A model generated the notes under the pieces. It was not told where the DNA came from. It ran no database searches and worked only from the letters and a program-made list of their open reading frames with translations. Source: a candidate division CPR2 bacterium GW2011_GWC2_39_10 (GTDB taxonomy: Bacteria > Patescibacteriota > CPR2). Taken from it: 64,000 nucleotides of DNA. Where the stretch lies: contig LBVV01000006.1 in the NCBI GenBank assembly GCA_000993275.1, forward strand, positions 24 to 64,023. The letters run 5' to 3'. Positions 29,507-39,546 of the stretch are shown in pieces. How positions within the stretch are numbered: position 1 is the first letter of the stretch; the number at the start of each line of letters is the position of its first letter. The translations under genes were made by a program, and so were the position numbers.

Positions 29507-30760
29507 TCAGCCCTTAAGGCAACGCACCGAATGACCATGCGCCTTATCGGCTATGTTACGAATGACTGTAAAGTAGTCAGCGTGCAAGAGACGAAACCAA
29601 GCATTAGAAACAGTCGAGGTACTAGACCAATAATCGCCGTGAGGACCCGGATTGCCGAACGTGCCGTCGTCCCAATTGCGATGGCCGGCAAGGAATCCTT
29701 CAAAACCGGAATCGCCGGTAAGCTTTAACTTGGTGCCAGCCGAGCTGCAATCAAATACGCCGACTCTGATATCCGAACAAGTGTTGCCGTCATCTTTTAA
29801 ATAATTTTCCAAGGCGTACCACTCAGAATCCTTAGGAACATGAAACCCGGCGGGACAAATGCCTTGGTCACCTTCTGTGGTGCTGCCATTCATGGCCGTA
29901 TTCCATTGATACAAGCCGCCGTAAATATTGCAGTTCTTTTCATCATTATCATAACAATACTTCTGTCCAATAGCTTGATTAACGGAACCGGCTACCATGG
30001 TACCCACATTCATATTGCACTTCATCCATGTTTGAGGCGTGGGTGATGTATTAATGGTAACGGTGGGAATATAATTTGGGTCATAATTTCTTTGCGACAT
30101 CAAGGTGTTTAAAGAAACTTTTTGTTTGTTTCCTTTGCTATCAGCCTTTTTGCTTTCGGCTGTAATTGTTAGTTTAAAAAAGGGCTGTACCGGGCCGCAT
30201 TCTTTGGCAATTTCGTTAGGATCTATTTCAAAGCTAGTAACAACGGATGAGGTTGAAACAACATTTTGGGCGGCATCCGCATTTTTTTGCATTTTTATAA
30301 TCCCCGCACCTGCTGAACAATTATCGCACCAAAAGGTTATTTTTTCGTCAGTTTGTGTAGTAACAATAATTTTATTGGGATCAGTGTCGGCACTAGAATT
30401 AACGGAAATACTTTTTGCGCCTCTCACTTCTCTTGATATAGCCTCTAGTGCATACCTAACGTCTTGCGTCACCTTCCTGGCACTATTGGCACTTTGGTAA
30501 GTTGACCCTATGGTTATAAACAGCTCGGTCATGGCCACTAAAAGCAAGCTCATAACCCCAATGACAACAATCATTTCGACAAGGGTGAAACCCTTGGAGT
30601 GCACGTAACCCCCGCGTCTTTGCGAGTGAAACGAAGCAATCTCCTCATATTTGCAACAAGATTGCCGCACTCTCCGGCGGCTGCCGGATCGTTCGCAATG
30701 ACAATTGTACGCAGTTACTTTGGGATTGTTTGTTTTATTATGTTTATTTTGCTTTATCAT
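29507..30760 (-). CDS. Type IV minor pilin with a C-terminal Fibrobacter major paralogous (FISUMP, CLec-like) domain
   Basis: KGFTLVE class III signal; YGGLYQW, QGICPAGFHVP..EW, YWSST, GHSVRC. Confidence 0.88.
   Translation of the reverse strand: MIKQNKHNKTNNPKVTAYNCHCERSGSRRRVRQSCCKYEEIASFHSQRRGGYVHSKGFTLVEMIVVIGVMSLLLVAMTELFITIGSTYQSANSARKVTQDVRYALEAISREVRGAKSISVNSSADTDPNKIIVTTQTDEKITFWCDNCSAGAGIIKMQKNADAAQNVVSTSSVVTSFEIDPNEIAKECGPVQPFFKLTITAESKKADSKGNKQKVSLNTLMSQRNYDPNYIPTVTINTSPTPQTWMKCNMNVGTMVAGSVNQAIGQKYCYDNDEKNCNIYGGLYQWNTAMNGSTTEGDQGICPAGFHVPKDSEWYALENYLKDDGNTCSDIRVGVFDCSSAGTKLKLTGDSGFEGFLAGHRNWDDGTFGNPGPHGDYWSSTSTVSNAWFRLLHADYFTVIRNIADKAHGHSVRCLKG
30605..30718. mobile_element. 114-bp palindromic element inserted in the prepilin leader
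   Basis: GTAAC...GTTAC ends; core nearly identical to intergenic 57664-57751. Confidence 0.85.
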
Positions 30761-30773
30761 TATTTTCCTTAAT

Positions 30774-32456
30774 TTAGGGGGTGTAAAAACTTAGCGTTGG
30801 CAAAGCCGTTCCGTCGCCAATATAGGTTGCAGCATTCAAACTTACATCCTGCCCCACAATAGCATGTGGTGCAGCCAAGGTGCTGCTTAAATTAGCATTA
30901 AAATACAAATGAGATTTTAGCGATATGAAAATAGCCTTTGTAAAATCATAGGTTTTGCCCGCGGCATTCGCATTGACCGAAAAATTCCTTTTAGGGTCGA
31001 TCTCATCATCATTAATCATTACAATGCGACCAGCCCCGCTAGGATTTCTGACAAAAGCGTTGCCGTTGTCATTATTTATTGTTATTCCATCTTTTGCCAC
31101 CACGACAATGTTTTTGTCCGCAATAGCAGAGTCAAGCTCAATTCCACCCGAAGTTATGGTTATTGAGCCGGTAACATATAAATTACCTTTTAGCTTAAGT
31201 GCCGCGTTATTCTGAATAGTCAAATTGCCTATAACTATGGCATTATTCCAATTAGTATCAGAGCTTATTGTTATGTTGCCGGCGGCAAGAGAAGTTTTTT
31301 TGCCAACATCTGTCAAACCATTGATGTAGTTATAAACCTTGACAGTATCATAGGTAAAAGCTTGGTAACTTGGAACGCCGAGACAATTACCCGTAATACT
31401 TCCGGCCGGATTAACTGTTGCTAGCCCAAATAACGCCGTTCCTTGAATACACGCCGTTGATGCATTATAAAAATTTAATGTTCCGTTAAATGTAGAACGC
31501 ACGCCCCCTCCAGCAGCGCTTGCAGAATATATGTTGCCGTAAAACTCGCCCCCGGCAGTAATAGACAGGTTGTTATTAGAGTAAATACCCCCCTTAACCG
31601 TAACATTATTAGTTGCAGTAAACGTCTGCATGGAAAATACCGTATAATTTAAAGACAGAGAATCTATTAAAGAAATTTCAGGAGGGGCCGTAGTGGCGCA
31701 ATATGCTGTTGCCGTTTTATTTAAAGAATCGGTTAAAACATATTTATACCAAGTTCCGGCAGTTAAAGGGCTATCAGGTTTACTGCCCGAACTTGCTGCA
31801 GCTATGCCGAGCCCTGGAATTACAGTGCCATTCCTTGCAATAGTGGCGCTGCCGTTAGGGGAATTGTAGCCAAGCGTTATAGTTGTATCATCACTGCTAG
31901 AACAAACAAGCGTTGGGTCGCCGGCTACAGCGGCAGTGGCGGCCTTCCAATTTGTTAATGTTTTGCTTTCCTCAACAAAGCCTTTGCCCCAACTTACGTT
32001 GACGGTTATTTTTCTTTTATTGTCGGGATCGGCGGCATCTTTTTCGATCTTAATAGTGCGGGAAAAAGTTATTCCGTTTATGGGCGCTATGGTTTCGGTT
32101 TTATCGGCACTGGTTACGTTAACCATCGTCCACCCCTCGCTTGAATCAAAAGCGTTATCGGGTAATATAAACCAAGGAGAATACGAACTAACAAACAAGC
32201 GGGCATCCCAAGGGCTTTTGTTTTGTTTATAGTTTGTGTCCCTAATATTTTGGGCAATTTCTATAGCTTCCTGGGCTAAAAAGGAAGCTTGGGTTCTTTT
32301 TTTAGTTTCGCTTATGGCAACAATAGATTGCGTAACCAAACCCAAAATTGCCGTAAAAGCAACGGCAATTACTGTGGTTGCAATAATAACTTCTAACAAA
32401 GTAATGCCTTTGCAATTATTTTTTGCCGTTATGAGTTTTAAAATACCCCTCCGCAT
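30774..32456 (-). CDS. PilV-like minor pilin with a long beta-rich C-terminal extension
   Basis: KGITLLEV, ASFLAQEAIE, KITVNVSW. Confidence 0.82.
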   Translation of the reverse strand: MRRGILKLITAKNNCKGITLLEVIIATTVIAVAFTAILGLVTQSIVAISETKKRTQASFLAQEAIEIAQNIRDTNYKQNKSPWDARLFVSSYSPWFILPDNAFDSSEGWTMVNVTSADKTETIAPINGITFSRTIKIEKDAADPDNKRKITVNVSWGKGFVEESKTLTNWKAATAAVAGDPTLVCSSSDDTTITLGYNSPNGSATIARNGTVIPGLGIAAASSGSKPDSPLTAGTWYKYVLTDSLNKTATAYCATTAPPEISLIDSLSLNYTVFSMQTFTATNNVTVKGGIYSNNNLSITAGGEFYGNIYSASAAGGGVRSTFNGTLNFYNASTACIQGTALFGLATVNPAGSITGNCLGVPSYQAFTYDTVKVYNYINGLTDVGKKTSLAAGNITISSDTNWNNAIVIGNLTIQNNAALKLKGNLYVTGSITITSGGIELDSAIADKNIVVVAKDGITINNDNGNAFVRNPSGAGRIVMINDDEIDPKRNFSVNANAAGKTYDFTKAIFISLKSHLYFNANLSSTLAAPHAIVGQDVSLNAATYIGDGTALPTLSFYTP

Positions 32457-32563
32457 ATAAATATTGTGCCCTTGTTATAATGTTAAGTCAAGTAAAAATA
32501 GAAATAGCTAAATCCTAAACCACGTGCACTTTTTAAAATTGATTTATTATGGGCTCTAAATTT

Positions 32564-32624
32564 GTCATTCCAAACTTGATTTGGAATCCATACTCTCTGG
32601 ATCCCGGATCATGTCCGGGATGAC
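32564..32624. repeat. Double-hairpin GTCATTCC...GGGATGAC element
   Basis: Shares AATCCATACTCTCTGGAT with the copy at 63045-63133. Confidence 0.8.
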
Positions 32625-32772
32625 AATTCTGGGAAGTTTTGTGAGCGGTCCCAAAGATGGGAGAAAAGGAATGCAACTTTTGAGTTTTTTTATTTCTCCT
32701 TTCCTTTTATTCTATATTCAATATTCCCATTCCAGCCTCTAAATTCTAAACTCTATATTCTTCCTTCCAAGT

Positions 32773-33513
32773 CTAGCTGCAGCCGACGGTTTCTGTGGGG
32801 CTTGTCCATACCTCGCCCGTTTGCATATTGATGTTAATTTTCTTAAACTTATTTTGGGATGTATCTTGTAAAACAAAAATGATTTTTTTGTAAATGGTGC
32901 CGTCGACCGGGATAATTGAGATATTATCATCGGTATAATAAATTTTTCTTTCGCTGGGCAGTTCGGCGACTTTAAACACAATACCTTTAAACGAAGTGCC
33001 GCTGTTAACGAGCAGACAAGTTGAATCGTCGGCATCAGAAGGGCGACATCTATAAATACACCCGAAATTAATATTGTGGATATTTTTGTGAACCGTGTAG
33101 TCTGCCGGGGATCCTTGATCCCGAAAAGAATATTTAGTTTGGGTGTCATCAGGAGAAGAAAAACGATCTTGGTTTGCAGGAAGGACTGTGCCTACTTTAT
33201 CCACAAAATGACTGTAATACCATCTCTTATAACCAGGAAGGCTATCCAACCCCTCAATCATAAAACCGTAACCGTTAACATCGGTAGCCGCGCTTAAAGC
33301 TGTTGACGGTTTTGGGGCCAGGGAGTTTTCCCTTGCTTTAACAATTTCCGACTGCACAAGTTCGGCGGCCAGTTCCAAATCCGTGTCTTTTTTAATATTA
33401 CCCCATCTTATGACCGCTATGCCCGACAAAATGCCGATAATACCGACAACAATGATAAGTTCAATTAAGGTAAGCCCCTTAGATTGTAAACATAAGCTTT
33501 TTTTGCCCTTCAT
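32773..33513 (-). CDS. FimT/GspH-like minor pilin
   Basis: KGLTLIEL class III signal. Confidence 0.85.
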   Translation of the reverse strand: MKGKKSLCLQSKGLTLIELIIVVGIIGILSGIAVIRWGNIKKDTDLELAAELVQSEIVKARENSLAPKPSTALSAATDVNGYGFMIEGLDSLPGYKRWYYSHFVDKVGTVLPANQDRFSSPDDTQTKYSFRDQGSPADYTVHKNIHNINFGCIYRCRPSDADDSTCLLVNSGTSFKGIVFKVAELPSERKIYYTDDNISIIPVDGTIYKKIIFVLQDTSQNKFKKININMQTGEVWTSPTETVGCS

Positions 33514-33560
33514 GAATTTATTATAATCCCGTTAGAGATCGCGGGCAAGAAGAAATATTG

Positions 33561-34327
33561 CACACACCCGGTGTGTACTGAATTGACACATCGGGATAAG
33601 AGCTTTATTCGCCAACCAAGTGTTTAACTTTTTCCAATTCTTTTTGATAATCCGCTTGATCAAAAACAAATTCTTTGTACTGATCTTTTGTCTTAAAATG
33701 GCCCAATACGTCCGTGGTATTAATAAACTTATTTTGCTTTTGCCCCATATAATAGCCAAAAGATGTCCATTCGTATTTTGGGAGTTCATTTATTCTTATT
33801 ATATTTGAAGATACCGGATTTAGATGGATATATCTCGAAACATGAACAAGCTGCTCATCCGTTTCAATCGGAACTGCTTTAAAAACCGACTGAAATACCG
33901 TCCCGACTCTATCGTATTTAACATTAAAATATTTTCCGTAACTATTTTGAAGATTTCGCATAAAAATTTGTGCTCCACCCTCTTTTAGTTGTTTTAGGAG
34001 CAAATGAAAATGATTAGGCATTAAGCCGAAAGATAAAATATCAACTAAAGGCTCATTCTTATTGAGCTTTTCCAGAAATTCTTCTTTATCTTTAAAAGAC
34101 ATTCGATTGTAATGAGAAAACCTTATCGATGGATTGCACCTAACGAAAGCTGCAACATCTAAAAATCTTTCATAGTCTCTTTGGCCTTTAAAAATAGGAG
34201 ATCGGTTTACGCCCCTGTTGATAACATGATAAATACCTCTATCCACAAAAATTGTTTTTCTATACGGCATGTTAATATAATAGTTGTGTTATCCCGATGT
34301 GTCAATTCAGTACACACCGGGTGTGTG
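33561..34327. mobile_element. 767-bp RAYT element bounded by perfect 39-bp inverted repeats
   Basis: 33561-33599 is the exact reverse complement of 34289-34327; no target-site duplication seen. Confidence 0.88.
33605..34270 (-). CDS. REP-associated tyrosine transposase-like HUH (Y1) protein
   Basis: YHVINRG, LMPNHFHLLL (HUH), RYIHLNPV (catalytic Tyr region), YEWTS. Confidence 0.9.
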   Translation of the reverse strand: MPYRKTIFVDRGIYHVINRGVNRSPIFKGQRDYERFLDVAAFVRCNPSIRFSHYNRMSFKDKEEFLEKLNKNEPLVDILSFGLMPNHFHLLLKQLKEGGAQIFMRNLQNSYGKYFNVKYDRVGTVFQSVFKAVPIETDEQLVHVSRYIHLNPVSSNIIRINELPKYEWTSFGYYMGQKQNKFINTTDVLGHFKTKDQYKEFVFDQADYQKELEKVKHLVGE

Positions 34328-34348
34328 TAAAACGGTAAAACGGGAATT

Positions 34349-34373
34349 AAAAAAGGCCCTGAAGGGCCTTTTT
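34349..34373 (-). terminator. Intrinsic terminator after the major pilin
   Basis: AAAAAGGCCCT-ga-AGGGCCTTTTT. Confidence 0.8.
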
Positions 34374-34391
34374 ACCGCTTAGGCTTAGTGC

Positions 34392-34925
34392 TTAGCTGCT
34401 AACATTAGTCACTGGTGGATTAGCTGCAGTTACCTCAGCAAGAGGATTAGTGTTTTGACTAGGCCGAATCACATAATTACCGTTTGCATCTGTTACATCG
34501 AGTTGGTAATAGTTTGTGCCGCCTAATGGATCAACTGGATAGCTAGTTCCTCCAGCTAACCATGCGCTTGGCATTCTTACGGTTGTTTCGGAAGTGCCTT
34601 TAAATACACAATCTGTAGCAGTCGCACAAACAGCAGCTCCGTTTTGTAAGGGTGATACAGCATTAAGATCAAACCATACTGTTGCAGCACCAGCACCGGT
34701 AGTAGGCTGAAGTAATGTGCCTCCAGTAACTTTATACTGCTCTATGGCGTTCCTAATCTGATTCATATCACTCGATCTTCTAGTGTTTCTAGCATCTCGG
34801 CTACTATTTCCGATCCTAACAATTATTAACCCCGCCAAAATACCAATAATGGCGATGACGACGATAAGCTCAATAAGGGTGAAGCCGCTGGAACCGCCGC
34901 CCCTTAATTTTTTTAATTTTTTCAT
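34392..34925 (-). CDS. Type IV pilin (probable major pilin)
   Basis: GFTLIELIVVIAIIGILA; strong AAGGAGG RBS; own terminator. Confidence 0.9.
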   Translation of the reverse strand: MKKLKKLRGGGSSGFTLIELIVVIAIIGILAGLIIVRIGNSSRDARNTRRSSDMNQIRNAIEQYKVTGGTLLQPTTGAGAATVWFDLNAVSPLQNGAAVCATATDCVFKGTSETTVRMPSAWLAGGTSYPVDPLGGTNYYQLDVTDANGNYVIRPSQNTNPLAEVTAANPPVTNVSS

Positions 34926-35127
34926 TAACCCTCCTTAAAAAATTTTCGTTTTTATATTAAACAATTGTCTTACATATAATTATTGCCCATACTATGACAG
35001 TTGTAAATAGGAAAAATAAAATTTTTTTAATTTCTAATTACTCTAATTGACCTAATTTCTAAAAATCCTATCTTTGCTTGCCATAATATAAACATAATAA
35101 GATTTCATAAACCGATTATAAAAGATT

Positions 35128-35352
35128 CCCGCCTTCGCCCGTCTTGGTCCGCCTTGGTGACGAGACAGGCCAGTCTTGGCGCTTAGACAGGCGAGTACCA
35201 AACGAGTGATAAGTGGGGGGGCGGAATGAAAAAAGCGGAATGAAAAAATTGATAATTGAGAATTTTTGACATTTGAAATTTATTATTTGACATTTAGTAA
35301 ATAGATTCCGGGTCAATTGATTGTATTTTTTTAATGAATGCCCGGAATGACA
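35128..35352. repeat. Intergenic nest of micro-repeats, heptamer repeats and a hairpin element
   Basis: CCGCCTTGGTGACGAGACAGG, GAGTACCAAACGAG, GATTCCGGGTCAA...CCCGGAATGAC. Confidence 0.65.
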
Positions 35353-35480
35353 GTTTCAAGACAGTCTGAATATATGGATAAGCACCCTCCCCTAGCGCCT
35401 CCTCCTCCAAAGGCGGACAGGCACAGCAAGGGAAAGGAATGATGCAATTGTTTCCTGGTTACTGGTTTCTGTTTCCTAGC

Positions 35481-36698
35481 TTATTGATTTTTCACTGCAG
35501 ACGTCAAGTCGTATAACGGTACAACGATACCGGCTACCACCAGGGCTACCGCCACGCCCATTGCTACTATTAGAAATGGTTCTAGCAGTTTTGAGAAATT
35601 ATCAACTATTTCGTCAACTTCTTTTTCGTAAAAAGAAGCCAGCTTGCCCATAACTTCGTCTAAGGCGCCAGTTTTTTCCCCTACTTGAATCATCTGAATT
35701 ACTATGCGGGGAAATTTTTCCGAGGATCTCAGGGCCGTAGAAAGGTTCTCGCCATTTTTGACTTTATCCAGTGAATCCATCAATTCCTTTTCGTAGTGAA
35801 TGTTCCCTATTGTTCTCGAGGTAAGTTCTAAAACGGCCACAATTGACAAACCACTTTCCAGGAGCGTAGTGGCGGTTCTGGCAAACCTTGCCATATATAT
35901 TTTACGCATTAGTCCGCCAAAAACCGGAATTTTTACAATAAAACTTGCCCAAAAATTCTGACCGGTTCTGGTGGTGTTTATAAAATACCTAAAGAGCCAA
36001 ATAGCACCGACGGAAGCTATAAGTAAAATAAATTTATATTTAATCATAAAGTCGCTAAGACCGAATAGGACCCTGGTAAGCATTGGTAATTTAGCCCCGG
36101 AGGTTTCAAAAATGGCTTTCATTTTTGGGATTAAAAATATTGTCAACAGAACCATAACGCTAATTAAAGCCGTTAAAATAAAGGCCGGATAAATCATGGC
36201 GCCCCGGGTTTTAACGGCCATTTCATAATCCTTTTCCATATGATCGGCAAGTTTAAGTAAAATTTCATCCAGTTTGCCGGATTCTTCGCCGGCCGCAATC
36301 ATATTTACAAAAATGTCCGTAAAAAGGTTGGGAAATTGCCTTAACGACTCGGCAAAAGTGGTACCGGATGCCACGTCTCTTGCCACTACTTTTATAATTT
36401 GATTAAAACGCTTGTTGCTTTGCTGCAGCGCAAGAGTTTCTAGGGCATCTACTATGGGAAGACCGGCGTTTATCATGGTGGCCAGTTCTCTTGAAAACAT
36501 AACCTTGTCTTTTTGCTTTATCGGGGTAAACCTGTTTTCCAAATTTTCCAAAGTCATGGAACCGGATTTATTGCCGACATCCGTAGTTATAAGTCCGTGC
36601 TCACGTAAAATAGAAACCACTTCCGCCTCGCTTCCGGCCTCCATGGATCCCACTTTAAGATTCCCTTTATTATCCCTGGCTTTATATAAAAATTCCAT
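35481..36698 (-). CDS. pilC: Type IV pilus platform protein
   Basis: T2SSF repeats: AGEESGKL, AMIYP, VGEKTGAL, LLEP. Confidence 0.92.
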   Translation of the reverse strand: MEFLYKARDNKGNLKVGSMEAGSEAEVVSILREHGLITTDVGNKSGSMTLENLENRFTPIKQKDKVMFSRELATMINAGLPIVDALETLALQQSNKRFNQIIKVVARDVASGTTFAESLRQFPNLFTDIFVNMIAAGEESGKLDEILLKLADHMEKDYEMAVKTRGAMIYPAFILTALISVMVLLTIFLIPKMKAIFETSGAKLPMLTRVLFGLSDFMIKYKFILLIASVGAIWLFRYFINTTRTGQNFWASFIVKIPVFGGLMRKIYMARFARTATTLLESGLSIVAVLELTSRTIGNIHYEKELMDSLDKVKNGENLSTALRSSEKFPRIVIQMIQVGEKTGALDEVMGKLASFYEKEVDEIVDNFSKLLEPFLIVAMGVAVALVVAGIVVPLYDLTSAVKNQ

Positions 36699-36712
36699 AA
36701 ATAACTAAAAAA

Positions 36713-36958
36713 TTAATTTACTAAATTCTGTTTCCAATCGCCGTATTTCTCTTCATCCTGCTTTCTGGAAACCGCCCCCTTAAACTCGTCAAGTTTTCTC
36801 AAGTTCGCCTCCACTTGAGCGGTATTTGTTGAAGGCAAGATTACCTCGGCTGGTGCTTCTTTAAATTTTTTATAAACGGGGCTCGCTAAAATTGCCACTG
36901 CCGCCACGGCAGCCAGTAAAGCAAATAAAACGCTAAGCCTTTTTGCGGTTGCATTCAT
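36713..36958 (-). CDS. Small single-TM pilus accessory protein
   Basis: N-terminal TM; overlaps the upstream stop; same position as 55010-55204 in the second operon. Confidence 0.6.
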   Translation of the reverse strand: MNATAKRLSVLFALLAAVAAVAILASPVYKKFKEAPAEVILPSTNTAQVEANLRKLDEFKGAVSRKQDEEKYGDWKQNLVN

Positions 36959-37573
36959 TAAAACCTCTTTGCCTCTATAACCCAACTTACGTTAATATAA
37001 TCTTTGTTTTCCGCACCACCACGTTCCCTATCCAACTTTACTTCTTTTAACTCTAAAAATCTTTTATTATTGCCGACATTATCCATAAAATTGGTTATCT
37101 TATAATAATTAGCTTCTTCAACCCTAAATGTTCCGTTGTAAAAATAGGATTTAGCGGTTGCATCTTGGGTGCCCGTAGATGTTGGGGCGGAACCCGACAT
37201 ACCGTGGGTTGAAGCTAAATATTGATAATCGGCCTGGTAAGAAAAAAGCACAATTTCTCTGGAATCGCCAACATCAATAAGCCCACTATCTTCCATAATT
37301 TTATCAACCTGATTTGCCACTTCCTCCGGCTTATCATTTGGCGGTATTGCTTCTTCTATGCCGGCAAACAAATCTTGAAATGTTTTTTGATCATTTTCAT
37401 ACTTTTTTAAATTTTCTACTTTTTCATTAAGCGCTTTTAATTCTCCCTTTTTTCATATTTTTATAAATTGGACCCGTACCTAAATAGGCACCGGCAACGG
37501 CAACAATAAAAATAAGTAAACTTAGCGAGTTATAATATTTATCGGGTATCTTGGACAATATATCTTTTCCCAT
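36958..37573 (-). pseudogene. PilO-like protein with a frameshift at the A6 tract (37448-37453)
   Basis: The ATG coupled to the pilN stop encodes a TM segment and then hits a stop; the remainder is in the +1 frame. Confidence 0.7.
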
Positions 37574-38196
37574 TAGAAAGCCTGCTTATTATATTTAGCC
37601 GTTATTTGAAAATTAATCCAATCCTCTTTGTCCATTGTTTCAATTTTATTGACCGTTACGGAATCGAACAATTTGGTAGTTACCGTTTGTTCCTTATCTT
37701 GAACCTTAATTGTCTTTTTTGTATCGAGACCATCTAGAAGCGCCGCATATGTCCGCGGATGATTAACGCGCATATCGCTTGTTCCAACCAAAACGATAGT
37801 ATTATTATCATCAAAAATTTGGAAACCATCGATATGGATTTGATCTTTTGGAGTTTTGTCGGTAATTTTTTTTATTAAATAGTAATAATTGACATGATTA
37901 TCCAAAGCCATGGTGGCTATATCGGCTTTTTGGCTCATTTTTTGAAGATCCAGCTCTAAACCTTTCATGTTCGCATATTTCGTATTTATTGTTTCGTAGT
38001 CAGCGTCTTGCTTGTTTTTTTCGTTTTGCAGATAAAGCTGAAAGCCATAAAGCCCGCCAAAATATAAAGCCAAGGTAGAAAGTGCAACAACTATTATAAA
38101 AATAGGCGAAAAATAGGCTTTTGCTAATTTTGAACTTATACCGGGCCCGGATACTTTTGGGGCGCTGTCTGACTGTCCGACCAAATTAATGGGCAA
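37573..38196 (-). CDS. PilN-like protein
   Basis: N-terminal INL motif, TM, coiled coil; follows pilM. Confidence 0.75.
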   Translation of the reverse strand: MPINLVGQSDSAPKVSGPGISSKLAKAYFSPIFIIVVALSTLALYFGGLYGFQLYLQNEKNKQDADYETINTKYANMKGLELDLQKMSQKADIATMALDNHVNYYYLIKKITDKTPKDQIHIDGFQIFDDNNTIVLVGTSDMRVNHPRTYAALLDGLDTKKTIKVQDKEQTVTTKLFDSVTVNKIETMDKEDWINFQITAKYNKQAF

Positions 38197-38228
38197 GAAA
38201 CCCTCCTTCTTCTATATATAAGATACAC

Positions 38229-39233
38229 TTACAAATAAGATAAGGCAAGACCAACTGCCACCGAAAATTTAGAAGCAACCGGCACAAGCTTTTCGCTGGG
38301 CAGTCTGGAGCAATCTATGTTGGCCCAAGGATTAACTTGGCTTACCTTAATTGACAATTCATGGGCAAAAAAATCATTAATTCTCGGCACCAAGGATGAT
38401 CCTCCGCTTAAAATTAAGCCTTCAAAAGGAATATTTACAAAATTCGGATCTTCTTTTATTTTTATTATGCCTTCAACAATTGGGTTTAATATTTTTTTAA
38501 TTGCAAAGAAGATTTTACCGTCAAATTTGCTTGGCTCCATGCCTATTTCCATTTTGGTTTTTATAGCTTCTTCCGGCTTCATGTTAAATTCCTGCATTAA
38601 AACGTTTGTTATTGCCAGCCCGCCTATGCTTATGGTCTCGGCATGTTTTAGAGTCCCTTCGCTGACAATCATAACTGTAGAGTAATTATGTCCCATGTGG
38701 ATAAATATAAAACTTTTACTCATTCCCTTAAAAAGATTCATGAGGCTCAAAACTTCTATATCGAACCCCATTGGACTAACTCCGCCGGCAGAAGCTATTT
38801 GATTATATTTTTCGGCAACATACTGAGGAAAATACCCCAAAAAGATTTCTCTTGCACCGTCTTTTCCGGTTTTTAAAGTTTGCCAGTAGCTTAAGCTATC
38901 CTCGCCTTCCTTTGCCGCCCTATATTTAATTTCGTATTTCATGGCAAACTGAAGCTCGTCATCATCCATGGGCGGAAACGTAAAAATATCCCAACCGGAA
39001 CTGTTTGATGGAATTGAAATAACTGCCTGATTGGCCGATATTTTGGCTGCCCCAAGTAACTGGCCGACAGCTTGGCCAAGCTGATTGTTAGCTTGCGGCG
39101 AATCGCTAAGTAGCATGCCGGGCGGCAGATTATATTCAACCGCGGACTGCAAAAAAACAGCTTCTTTCTCCTTGGAAAGCTGGACTATTTTTATTGAGGT
39201 TGAGCCTATATCCAAACCAAAGTAATCTTTCAA
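38229..39233 (-). CDS. pilM: Type IV pilus actin-like protein
   Basis: GLDIGSTSIK, LSGGSS, NPW, AVGLAL. Confidence 0.9.
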   Translation of the reverse strand: MKDYFGLDIGSTSIKIVQLSKEKEAVFLQSAVEYNLPPGMLLSDSPQANNQLGQAVGQLLGAAKISANQAVISIPSNSSGWDIFTFPPMDDDELQFAMKYEIKYRAAKEGEDSLSYWQTLKTGKDGAREIFLGYFPQYVAEKYNQIASAGGVSPMGFDIEVLSLMNLFKGMSKSFIFIHMGHNYSTVMIVSEGTLKHAETISIGGLAITNVLMQEFNMKPEEAIKTKMEIGMEPSKFDGKIFFAIKKILNPIVEGIIKIKEDPNFVNIPFEGLILSGGSSLVPRINDFFAHELSIKVSQVNPWANIDCSRLPSEKLVPVASKFSVAVGLALSYL

Positions 39234-39365
39234 AAGATTCCCTCCATATATATAGTAACCAGGAATCAGGAAACAGTAAACAGGAAAAAACCCCATCCCT
39301 CCCCTTCAAAGGGGAGGGAGCAGGAGGGAGGGGTTTTTAAATGCCAAATTACAAAGAAAGAAGAA

Positions 39366-39455
39366 AGAATATAGTATAAAGTATTAAGAATGGGAATACA
39401 GAATATTAGAATATTTTTTGCTTTATTCCGTACTCTAAATTCTTATACTTAATTC
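39366..39455. repeat. 90-bp AT-rich repeat, left of the HU gene
   Basis: 84/90 identical to 39911-40000. Confidence 0.85.
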
Positions 39456-39517
39456 TTGATTCTTCTATTTTAGGATTTAGGATTTATTTAGAAATTCGTA
39501 ATTAGATATTAGGATTT

Positions 39518-39546
39518 AAAAAATCCGGCTATCGCCGGATTTTTTT
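39518..39546 (-). terminator. Intrinsic terminator after HU
   Basis: AAAAAATCCGGC-tatc-GCCGGATTTTTT. Confidence 0.8.

Noticed and set aside
33561-34327. IS200/IS605 element with TnpB
   Set aside because: No tnpB. The protein is longer than IS200 TnpA, has RAYT-type motifs and has identical inverted ends.
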